DNA of 64,000 bases from Eubacteriales bacterium (GTDB lineage Bacteria; Bacillota; Clostridia; Oscillospirales; CAG-272): contig JAZUPL010000013.1 of NCBI GenBank assembly GCA_045605175.1, positions 95-64,094 of the forward strand, read 5' to 3'. Under the pieces are notes generated by a model. The model was not told the DNA's origin, searched no databases, and was given only the letters and a program-made list of their open reading frames with translations. Position numbers and translations under genes: made by a program. This document shows positions 56,289 through 64,000 of the stretch, piece after piece (positions within the stretch are counted from its first letter, which is position 1; the number at the start of each line of letters is the position of its first letter).

Positions 56289-57353
56289 TTAGAGGTTAAT
56301 AGTCTTGGAGATGCCGTAGAGTCTTGCCATATACGCCTGCTTTGCCTTGACGTCGGCGCGCATACGGGCAATTTCTTCCTCGGTAAATCTGTCGAGGTCG
56401 CCGTCCTTAAGTTTGTTCTTATACATTCTGTCAAGAATAAGCGCGTAGTTGATATCTACTGCAACTATCTTACCCTGCTTTTCGCACATAACGAGGTTAG
56501 AGTTGCCCTTGAGCAATTCCTCAACCGCAATAGCGCCCATAGTAGAGGCAAGCACACGGTCACGAAGATTGGGGTTGCCGCCACGGACGATGTGGGCAAA
56601 TCTTGCAAACTTGCTCTCAACTCCCGTCCCCTCCTCGATAATCTTAGTAAGAGCAGGGCCGTACTCAGAGCCGACGCCCTCGGACACGATAATTATGAAA
56701 TTGCGCTTTCCAAGCTTGCGAGCGTGCTGAATATGCTCGACAAGTACGCTCGGGTCAAAGTGGAATTCGGGAATAACCACTGCAGTAGCACCCGAGGCGA
56801 TACCCGTATGCAGGGCGATGTCACCTGCACCTCTTCCCATTACCTCAACCACGTTGCATCTTGCGTGGGACTCACAGGTGTCGCGGAGTTTGTCAACGAG
56901 TTCTATTACCGTGTTCATAGCGGTATCAAAGCCTATGGTATTGTCGGTAGAAGTGATATCGTTGTCGATAGTGCCGGGCAGACCGATACAAGGCACGCCG
57001 TGGGCAGTGAGGTCGGTAGCACCACGGAATGTACCGTCACCGCCGATGGCTATAATACCGTCAATGCCAAACTTTTTGCAGGTTTCGACAGCCTTTGCCA
57101 TACCCTCAGGAGTCTTGAACTCAGGGCAACGGTCGGAGTAAAGTATCGTTCCGCCTTTATTGATAATATTTGAAACGTCACGGAATTCAAGAGGACGGAT
57201 ATCTCCGTCGATAAGTCCCGAATAACCGCGATATATGCCCATTACCTCGACTTCGTGGGAAAGTGCAGTACGAACCACCGCACGTATTGCCGCATTCATT
57301 CCGGGAGCGTCGCCGCCGGAGGTAAGCACACCTATTCTTCTAAATTCTTTCAT
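56289..57353 (-). CDS. pfkA: ATP-dependent 6-phosphofructokinase
   Basis: 354 aa. IGVLTSGGDAPGMNAAIR, GGDGT and PGTIDND motifs. About 35-aa C-terminal extension. Confidence 0.93.
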   Translation of the reverse strand: MKEFRRIGVLTSGGDAPGMNAAIRAVVRTALSHEVEVMGIYRGYSGLIDGDIRPLEFRDVSNIINKGGTILYSDRCPEFKTPEGMAKAVETCKKFGIDGIIAIGGDGTFRGATDLTAHGVPCIGLPGTIDNDITSTDNTIGFDTAMNTVIELVDKLRDTCESHARCNVVEVMGRGAGDIALHTGIASGATAVVIPEFHFDPSVLVEHIQHARKLGKRNFIIIVSEGVGSEYGPALTKIIEEGTGVESKFARFAHIVRGGNPNLRDRVLASTMGAIAVEELLKGNSNLVMCEKQGKIVAVDINYALILDRMYKNKLKDGDLDRFTEEEIARMRADVKAKQAYMARLYGISKTINL

Positions 57354-57562
57354 AACAAACGCCTTTCATAACCTTAGAGAGGAACTCTCTACTATATTAA
57401 AAACGGCAAACAGAGCCTAATTGTTATTATTATACAACAACAAAAAACTATTTTCAACATTAAAATTAAAAAATTTTTGTCAGATTTGGCAACTAATTTT
57501 GTTCACTTTGCTACTATATCCCCGATTATCTTTATTTTTTCGAAAAACATTGTTCCATTTTG

Positions 57563-57591
57563 TTGACAATATAATATTTTAGTGGTATAAT
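57563..57591 (+). promoter_or_regulatory. sigma-A-type promoter
   Basis: TTGACA-17 nt-TATAAT, about 115 nt upstream of ATG 57708. The leader contains an AAATTTGGG...CCCAAATTT hairpin. Confidence 0.6.
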
Positions 57592-57707
57592 TATAAGAAA
57601 TTTGGGCGCATTATTTTTCCCAAATTTTGTTTGCTTATAAACCTGTTTGCCATGACGGATAAGTCCCGTTACACGGCAACGCGACCAATATAAAAGGAGG
57701 GCCCACA

Positions 57708-58142
57708 ATGTATATTGCTTTGATAGCGGAAGACAACAAGAAAGAATTGATGGCACAGTTTTGCATTGCCTACTCAGGAATACTCTCTAAGCATAACCTC
57801 TGTGCTACCCACATTACCGGCAAGTATATTTCGGACGCCACCGGACTTGAGATAGAAACTCTTCTCGCGGGCGATTACGGTGGAACTGATCAAATATCCT
57901 CTATGGTTTCCTTCAACGAAATAGATATGGTATTCTATTTCCGCATCACCGACTCGGCTCGCGAGGCAGAGGAGTCCGAACTTAACCTTCTCCGTCTGTG
58001 CGACGTATATAACATTCCCCTTGCGACCAACATCGCTACTGCCGAGGCGCTTGTAACCGCCCTTGACGCAGGAAATCTTAACTGGCGCGAATTTATAAAT
58101 CCTCGCAGTGAATACAATATGAAAAAGAAAGGCAAGTTCTGA
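57708..58142 (+). CDS. methylglyoxal synthase-like domain protein (catalytic residues substituted)
   Basis: 144 aa. Alignable with MgsA over its full length (YIALIAEDNKK vs HIALVAHDHCK; NIPLATNIATA vs NIPVATNVATA). Confidence 0.8.
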   Translation: MYIALIAEDNKKELMAQFCIAYSGILSKHNLCATHITGKYISDATGLEIETLLAGDYGGTDQISSMVSFNEIDMVFYFRITDSAREAEESELNLLRLCDVYNIPLATNIATAEALVTALDAGNLNWREFINPRSEYNMKKKGKF

Positions 58143-58263
58143 TACAGCCCCTCAAACGAGGTAGGCTTTCGGCGAAAACACGCCCCCCGTCAGGAGTAGC
58201 CCATAGGCTGGCTCAAATCCCCATATCGGTTTGAGGCAGTCTTTTCTTTACCAAGGAGAAAAA

Positions 58264-58689
58264 ATGAAGTTTGTCAAGATAACCGTCCACTCTGTTATAG
58301 AAAACGTCGATGAGCGGGGCATACCAGAGGACGAGCCCGAAATAAGCATCTCTACCCACTCAGGCAGTTTGCGGGACGAGGGTGAAATACTGCACCTCGG
58401 CTATACCGAAGAGGGCGAGGGCGCAAACGTGGAGTGCCACATAGTTATATACCCCGACGGCGGCGTTTCACTCTCTCGACGTGGCGCTATCGTCAGCGAT
58501 ATTCTGTTCAAAGAAGGTGAAGAGTGCCACACCGTCTATTCCATTCCCCCCTACAAATTTGATATGACGGTATATACAAAGCGTGTTCGCTCTGATATGA
58601 GTGCCGAGGGTGGAATTTTACGCCTTTTGTACTCGATGAACGTCGGTGGCCAAGAGAAAAAGGTGCAGATGAAAATCACCGTAAAATAA
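58264..58689 (+). CDS. DUF1934 (YwiB-like) family protein
   Basis: Start at ATG 58264 after AAGGAGA. The pattern SRRGAI...F.EG......Y..P....M.VYT..V...GG.L.L.Y resembles DUF1934. Recognition is from memory only. Confidence 0.6.
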   Translation: MKFVKITVHSVIENVDERGIPEDEPEISISTHSGSLRDEGEILHLGYTEEGEGANVECHIVIYPDGGVSLSRRGAIVSDILFKEGEECHTVYSIPPYKFDMTVYTKRVRSDMSAEGGILRLLYSMNVGGQEKKVQMKITVK

Positions 58690-58813
58690 TTCCGAAAAGG
58701 CATAATTAAAACACAGGCAAACTGTATAACCCTAAAAATTTATAAAAGATAGAAAATACTTCAACACTAAAACCGACAAAGCGCTCCAAAAATCAAAAGA
58801 AAGGATAGCCCTC

Positions 58814-59848
58814 ATGATGACCGAAAGCGAACTTAAAGCAAGAATAAAGCAGGGAAAACTCGGCGGTTGTTATATCTTCACGGGCGAGGAGGACTATCTC
58901 AAGCGCTTTTACCTTGGGGAGTTTCGAAAGGCGGTAATAACCGACGACGCCTTTGCTTTCTTTAATCACGTGGTGTATGACGGCGGTGCGGTTGATTTTG
59001 CCGCCATATCCGACGATATAAAAGCGCCGCCGATGATGAGCGACCTGAAACTTATAGAGTGGAAATACCCCGCCTTTACCAAGATGAAAAGCGAGGACTT
59101 GGGCGCTTTTGAAGAGGTTCTTGCCCTTCTTAAAGAATATGACAATGTGGCGCTTTTGTTTCTTTGCGCCGACGGCGAGCCCGACCTTGGAAATCCGAAA
59201 AGAAAATCCTCCTTCGTTGGACGGTTTGGCGAGGACGTCAATATAATTAAATTTGACAAAAAGACCTCGGACCACGAGCTTCTCGGTTGGCTTAAAAGAC
59301 ATTTTGCCTCCGAGGGAGTCACCGCGTCAGAGCAGGTGATGCGTGACCTTATGTTTCGCTCGGGGCATAATCTGTCGGTGCTTAACGACGAGGTTATAAA
59401 ACTCTCGCTCTTTGCTAAGGCTAACGGCAGAAGCGTTATCACCCGAGAGGACGTGGAACAGGTTGCATCATCCACCCCCGAATGCGACACCTTTGCCCTT
59501 TCCAATGCGCTCTGTGACAGAAACAAGCAAGCAGCGCTTCTCGCTCTTTCAGAGATGAAACTCAAGAGAGTAGATCCTATTGTTATAATGTCTATGATTG
59601 CCAAGACTATGACAGAACTTGCCGCCGTTTCTATTATGCTCTCGGACGGAATGAGTCAGGACGATATTACAAACGCCACGAAAATAAACTCAAAACGCAC
59701 CCCCCACGTGATAAATGCGGCTCGCCGTTTCACAAGAGAACACGCAGTGAGGATAGTTGAGGAACTTTTGCGTGTTGATACGGGGGCAAAGTACGGCGGA
59801 GTGACAGGCTACACCGCCATAGAACTCTTTATTACAAAATGTCTATAA
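58814..59848 (+). CDS. holA: DNA polymerase III delta subunit
   Basis: 344 aa. N-terminal YIFTGEEDYLK and overall delta-subunit architecture. Confidence 0.85.
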   Translation: MMTESELKARIKQGKLGGCYIFTGEEDYLKRFYLGEFRKAVITDDAFAFFNHVVYDGGAVDFAAISDDIKAPPMMSDLKLIEWKYPAFTKMKSEDLGAFEEVLALLKEYDNVALLFLCADGEPDLGNPKRKSSFVGRFGEDVNIIKFDKKTSDHELLGWLKRHFASEGVTASEQVMRDLMFRSGHNLSVLNDEVIKLSLFAKANGRSVITREDVEQVASSTPECDTFALSNALCDRNKQAALLALSEMKLKRVDPIVIMSMIAKTMTELAAVSIMLSDGMSQDDITNATKINSKRTPHVINAARRFTREHAVRIVEELLRVDTGAKYGGVTGYTAIELFITKCL

Positions 59849-59890
59849 CATACGACAAACCGTATAGAAAAAAATAAAAAGGAAAGAAAA

Positions 59891-60490
59891 ATGAAAAAAT
59901 CTATTCTTCGCTTAACAGCCTTTATCCTGCTTGTAGCACTGATGATTATTCCCACCCTCACCTCCTGCAAAAAGGACGTGTACTATGTAAAAATGAGTTT
60001 TGGCGCTTACGGTGACATTGTACTGGAACTTGACAGAAAGAGCGCTCCCGGGACGGTGGACAACTTTCTCCGCCTTGTAAACGAGGGCTTCTATGACGGA
60101 CTTACCATTCACCGCGCCCAACTCGGCTTTGTTATCCAGGGCGGCGACCCCAAGACCGGTAACAAGGAAGAAACACCCTCTATTCCCGGCGAATTCTCGT
60201 CCAACGGTTACTATGGCAACAATATAGAGCACGTGCGAGGCGTTATCTCCATGGCTCGCACAGATGATCCCAACTCAGCCTCCAGCCAGTTCTTCATCTG
60301 CCTCGGCGACTGCCGTTCTTCGCTTGACGGCTCCTACGCAGGATTTGGTTACGTGGTCGAGGGTATGGACGTGGTAGATGCTATTGCAGAATTCATGGCG
60401 CCCTACGGCGACTCTCGTTTAGGAATGGTCAGTGACAAGAATTACCAGATAAAAATCACCGACGCCGAGGTTTTGGACAACTATAAATAA
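59891..60490 (+). CDS. cyclophilin-type peptidyl-prolyl isomerase, lipoprotein
   Basis: Signal peptide with lipobox LTSC. Cyclophilin motifs FHRAQLGFVIQGGDP and SQFFIC. Confidence 0.92.
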   Translation: MKKSILRLTAFILLVALMIIPTLTSCKKDVYYVKMSFGAYGDIVLELDRKSAPGTVDNFLRLVNEGFYDGLTIHRAQLGFVIQGGDPKTGNKEETPSIPGEFSSNGYYGNNIEHVRGVISMARTDDPNSASSQFFICLGDCRSSLDGSYAGFGYVVEGMDVVDAIAEFMAPYGDSRLGMVSDKNYQIKITDAEVLDNYK

Positions 60491-60565
60491 AGCCTATTGG
60501 TCAATATAGACAAGTAAAAGCCAAAAACGGCATGTAAATCCTAAATGTAAGTTATTATTTAGTTA

Positions 60566-60594
60566 TTGACATAGTAGTTTTTGTGTGTTACAAT
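60566..60594 (+). promoter_or_regulatory. sigma-A-type promoter upstream of guaB
   Basis: TTGACA-17 nt-TACAAT. Confidence 0.6.
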
Positions 60595-60634
60595 AGTTAA
60601 AATAAAAAAATGAGTATAAGGAGAGGACCTGAAA

Positions 60635-62143
60635 ATGGCAACCTATTTTACCGAACCCTCACACACGTTTAGTGAGTATTTGCTCATCCCCGGATACACC
60701 GACGAGAGGTGCATTCCGGCTAACGTTTCGCTCCGCACCCCGCTTGTAAAGTACAGAAAGGGTGAGGAGGAATGCCCCCTTATGATGAACATTCCCCTGA
60801 CCAGTGCTATTATGCAGTCTGTATCCAACGATACGATGGCTATTGCTCTGGCAAAAGAGGGGGGCGTATCCTTTATCTACGGCTCGCAGTCTATTGAAGA
60901 CGAGGCGGCTATGGTCGCAAGAGTAAAGAACTACAAGGCGGGCTTCGTCGTAAGCGACTCCAACCTTACCCCCGACAGCACTCTTATGGACGTGCTTGCT
61001 CTCTACGAGGAAAAGGGACACTCCACTATGGCGGTTACCGACGATGGAAGTGCGTGCGGCGTCCTTCTCGGTATAGTTACCTCTCGTGATTACCGTGTCA
61101 GCCGTATGGATGTCACCGACAAGGTTGCCACCTTTATGACTCCTATTGACAAACTCATCACCGCCCCCGAGGGAACGACTCTCAAGGCGGCAAACGATAT
61201 CATCTGGGAGCACAAACTCAACTCGCTTCCGATAGTTGATAAAAACGGCAGACTTCTCTACTTCGTATTCCGCAAGGACTACTCTCAACACAAGGAAAAC
61301 CCACAGGAACTTCTCGACGCAAACAAGAGATATATAGTTGGTGCAGGTATCAACACCCGCGACTTTGCCGAGCGTGTCCCCGCACTTATTGAGGCGGGTG
61401 CAGACGTGCTTTGCATTGACTCCTCCGAGGGTTACACCATCTGGCAAAAGCGCGCTATTGATTTTATCAGAGAAAAATACGGCGACACCGTAAAGGTTGG
61501 CGCAGGAAACGTCGTTGACAGAGAGGGCTTTATGTTCCTCGCCGAGGCGGGCGCCGACTTTGTTAAAATCGGCATTGGCGGTGGCTCTATCTGTATCACC
61601 CGTGAGCAAAAGGGTATCGGTAGAGGTCAGGCAAGCGCGGTTATCGAGGTTGCTGCGGCAAGAGATGAATATTATCAAAAAACAGGTGTCTATATTCCCA
61701 TCTGCTCCGATGGCGGTATAGTACACGACTATCATATGACTCTCGCCCTCGCTATGGGTGCAGACTTTATGATGCTTGGTAGATATTTCGCAAGATTTGA
61801 CGAGTCCCCCACACCCAAGATTATGATAAACGGTCAGTACGTCAAGGAATACTGGGGCGAAGGCTCTAACAGAGCAAAGAACTGGCAGAGATACGACCTT
61901 GGCGGTAAGTCGGGTCTATCCTTCGAGGAAGGTGTTGACTCCTATGTCACCTATGCCGGCTCGCTCCACGACAACGTAGAGAAGTCGCTCTACAAGGTTA
62001 AGTCAACTATGTGCAACTGTGGTGCTATCACTATTCCCGAACTTCAGGAAAAGGCGAAGATGACTCTGGTTAGTGCAACCAGTATCGTCGAGGGTGGCTA
62101 TCACGATGTTATGCTCCGTTCCACCACTACCGGTGTGAAATAA
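60635..62143 (+). CDS. guaB: IMP dehydrogenase (with CBS pair)
   Basis: 502 aa. Catalytic loop [16 protein letters not shown]-like insert, and GADFMMLG. Confidence 0.88.
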   Translation: MATYFTEPSHTFSEYLLIPGYTDERCIPANVSLRTPLVKYRKGEEECPLMMNIPLTSAIMQSVSNDTMAIALAKEGGVSFIYGSQSIEDEAAMVARVKNYKAGFVVSDSNLTPDSTLMDVLALYEEKGHSTMAVTDDGSACGVLLGIVTSRDYRVSRMDVTDKVATFMTPIDKLITAPEGTTLKAANDIIWEHKLNSLPIVDKNGRLLYFVFRKDYSQHKENPQELLDANKRYIVGAGINTRDFAERVPALIEAGADVLCIDSSEGYTIWQKRAIDFIREKYGDTVKVGAGNVVDREGFMFLAEAGADFVKIGIGGGSICITREQKGIGRGQASAVIEVAAARDEYYQKTGVYIPICSDGGIVHDYHMTLALAMGADFMMLGRYFARFDESPTPKIMINGQYVKEYWGEGSNRAKNWQRYDLGGKSGLSFEEGVDSYVTYAGSLHDNVEKSLYKVKSTMCNCGAITIPELQEKAKMTLVSATSIVEGGYHDVMLRSTTTGVK

Positions 62144-62177
62144 CTAAGTTTACCGTAAATAACCGAAATTATTTATT

Positions 62178-62217
62178 ACAAACGAGAGGAGCATCCCTCT
62201 CGTTTGTTGCTTTTTTT
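62178..62217 (+). terminator. rho-independent terminator after guaB
   Basis: ACAAACGAGAGG-loop-CCTCTCGTTTGT followed by tgcTTTTTTT. Confidence 0.85.
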
Positions 62218-62328
62218 CACCCTGCGAAATGAAAAAAGAATAATTTTTTTAGAAAACCGAATTTATTTAAGAGTAAAAAGCAATTATAATTTTAGAGAAG
62301 ATCTAAATGTATAGCAAAAGGAGGCAAA

Positions 62329-63339
62329 ATGAACAAACTCGTCATTCCCGATGGATATTGTCCGAAAACCGATCTATACCGCACGCAAAAGGCAATATCC
62401 TTTATAAAAGCCACATTCCAGGGCAAACTTGCCGAGTCGCTCAATCTTCGACGAGTGTCCGCACCGCTTTTTGTAACCGAGGCATCGGGACTTAACGACA
62501 ACCTTAACGGACACGAGCGCCCTGTCAGTTTTGATATTCCCGCCGTGGGCGAAAACGGCCAGGTAGTCCACTCGCTGGCAAAATGGAAAAGGCTCGCCCT
62601 AAAAGAGTATGGTTTTTACGTAGGACGTGGTCTTTACACCGATATGAACGCTATACGGCGCGACGAGGACCTCGACAATATACACTCTATATACGTAGAT
62701 CAATGGGACTGGGAAAAGGTTATTACAAGAGAAGACCGTACCCTTGACTATCTTACCGAGGTGGCAAAAAAAATAGTGGACGCAATTTGCGACACGCAAG
62801 AACTCTTAAAAGAGGAATTCCCCGAACTTTGTGACGTGAGCCTTTCTCGGGATATGTACGCCCTGACTACCACCGAACTTTGTGAAATGTTCCCAAACCT
62901 CACCCCCAAGGAGCGTGAAAACGAAATCTGTCGAAGAAAGGGTACGGTGCTTCTTATGCAGATAGGTGGCCCGCTTAAAGACGGCAAGCCCCACGACGGC
63001 AGAGCACCCGACTACGACGACTGGGAGTTAAACGGTGATATTCTATTCTACAACCCCCTCTTGGACTCGGCTCTTGAAATATCCTCTATGGGTATCAGGG
63101 TTGACGAAGAATCCTTGGCAAGGCAATTAAAGGCACGCGGGTGCGAAGAGAGGGCGAAACTCCCCTTCCACAGTATGCTTCTAGACGGAAAACTTCCCCT
63201 GACGATAGGCGGAGGTATAGGTCAGTCCCGTCTTTGTATGCTTATGATGGGGTGTGCCCATATAGGCGAGGTACAGTCAAGCCTTTGGGACAAGGCAACA
63301 ATAGAGGGGTGTCAAAAGGCGGGAATAAGACTTCTGTAA
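62329..63339 (+). CDS. asnA: aspartate-ammonia ligase
   Basis: 336 aa. Typical AsnA N-terminus (TQKAISFIKATFQGKLAESLNLRRVSAPLF) and C-terminal GGGIGQSRLCM. Confidence 0.93.
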   Translation: MNKLVIPDGYCPKTDLYRTQKAISFIKATFQGKLAESLNLRRVSAPLFVTEASGLNDNLNGHERPVSFDIPAVGENGQVVHSLAKWKRLALKEYGFYVGRGLYTDMNAIRRDEDLDNIHSIYVDQWDWEKVITREDRTLDYLTEVAKKIVDAICDTQELLKEEFPELCDVSLSRDMYALTTTELCEMFPNLTPKERENEICRRKGTVLLMQIGGPLKDGKPHDGRAPDYDDWELNGDILFYNPLLDSALEISSMGIRVDEESLARQLKARGCEERAKLPFHSMLLDGKLPLTIGGGIGQSRLCMLMMGCAHIGEVQSSLWDKATIEGCQKAGIRLL

Positions 63340-63579
63340 TTTTATAATAAAATCAAAGACCACGCCGACAAAAGAAAAATAATATCCACAAAAAACAAAA
63401 CCGATAGAACCTAAAATCGAAAAGCATAAATAGGCTCAAAACTAAAAAAAATAAAAATTACAAAGCAAACAGCCGAACAATTAACAGCACAATGTCGATG
63501 TTTTTGTCAAGTATTTTTCTTTGCAAAGTCACCTTTTGCCCAATCGTTTACTTTTGTCAGTTTATTTACCAATTTGATA

Positions 63580-63608
63580 TTGACAAAAATATAACAATCA
63601 GGTATAAT
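63580..63608 (+). promoter_or_regulatory. sigma-A-type promoter
   Basis: TTGACA-17 nt-TATAAT, about 70 nt upstream of ATG 63676. Confidence 0.6.
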
Positions 63609-63675
63609 ATTTATGCTATCTAATTTGCCACACGGCAAAAGAGAAGAAAATAAATATAAAATTTAGGAGAAAACA

Positions 63676-64000
63676 ATGAAAAGAATTATCGCATTCGTCC
63701 TCCTTGCTTGTATGCTCGTGCTTGCATTTGCATCCTGTGGCCCTACCGAGAAGGAGTACAAACTCGCTATCGGCGTAAGTGTGTCTAACAAGACCGCAAC
63801 TATCGAAACCGAGCAAACCGTTGCAGCCCTCGTTATCGACAACGCAGGTAAAATAGTTGCCTGCCGCATCGACGCGCTTGCAGTGAAGGCTACCCTCACC
63901 GAAGGTGCAGTTGACGCAGCCCCCACCTACAAGACCAAGATGGAACTCGGTGACGATTACGGAATGCTCAACTCCCCCTACGGCGGATCTACTCTCGCTG
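63676..64000 (+). CDS. putative lipoprotein, 3' end outside window
   Basis: Not in the ORF track because no stop lies within the window. AGGAGA RBS, then MKRIIAFVLLACMLVLAFASCGPTEKEYKLAIG... with lipobox FASC. Open to the window end. Confidence 0.7.
   Translation, partial: MKRIIAFVLLACMLVLAFASCGPTEKEYKLAIGVSVSNKTATIETEQTVAALVIDNAGKIVACRIDALAVKATLTEGAVDAAPTYKTKMELGDDYGMLNSPYGGSTLA

Noticed and set aside
56237-56300. 13-nt duplicate of the pfkA 3' end (attagaggttaat at 56237..56249 and 56288..56300)
   Set aside because: It is short enough to be chance or a trivial slippage remnant (it would read KKINL* vs KTINL*), with no further structure.

Overview
Chromosomal 64-kb window with gene content typical of an anaerobic Firmicute (Clostridia-like): class 1B PyrK/PyrD, a Re-citrate-synthase-type TCA branch, a T-box leader and TTGACA-17-TATAAT promoters. 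No rRNA, tRNA, CRISPR array, transposase, integrase or reverse transcriptase was seen. Left to right: (1) a pyrimidine operon, carB (5' truncated)-pyrK-pyrD-pyrF-pyrE-pyrB, where PyrB has a PyrI-like zinc-ribbon tail. (2) A roughly 14-kb minus-strand accessory cluster (7.4-21.1 kb). It encodes a divergent Ser/Thr kinase with a zinc ribbon, a TerY-like vWA protein, a PP2C phosphatase with coiled coil, and a transglutaminase-like protein. These are followed by six tandem paralogs that each combine a shared unrecognised N-terminal domain, a hypervariable low-complexity linker and BspA-type leucine-rich repeats, with no signal peptide; two of the six carry in-frame stops. I consider this the best candidate for an undescribed system. 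A 77-bp inverted copy of kinase-internal sequence sits in the 5' end of a divergently oriented, decayed LRR lipoprotein gene. (3) A complete glycyl-radical-enzyme microcompartment (GRM, fucose/rhamnose-type) locus (24.3-40.0 kb) that ends in a ParA ATPase plus a lysine-rich disordered protein, a candidate McdAB-like positioning pair. It has a structured repeat spacer between the GRE and its activase, and a palindrome-rich AT-rich control region upstream of its RpiR regulator. (4) Housekeeping genes: phosphoesterase, acyltransferase, MATE pump, Re-citrate synthase/GntR/aconitase/IDH, dipeptidase, a T-box-controlled Lrp-aminotransferase pair, acyl-CoA ligase/MarR, pfkA, a degenerate MGS-like gene, holA, cyclophilin, guaB, asnA, and a partial lipoprotein gene at the right edge. 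Product calls rest on motif and family recognition from the translations; no database search was run.
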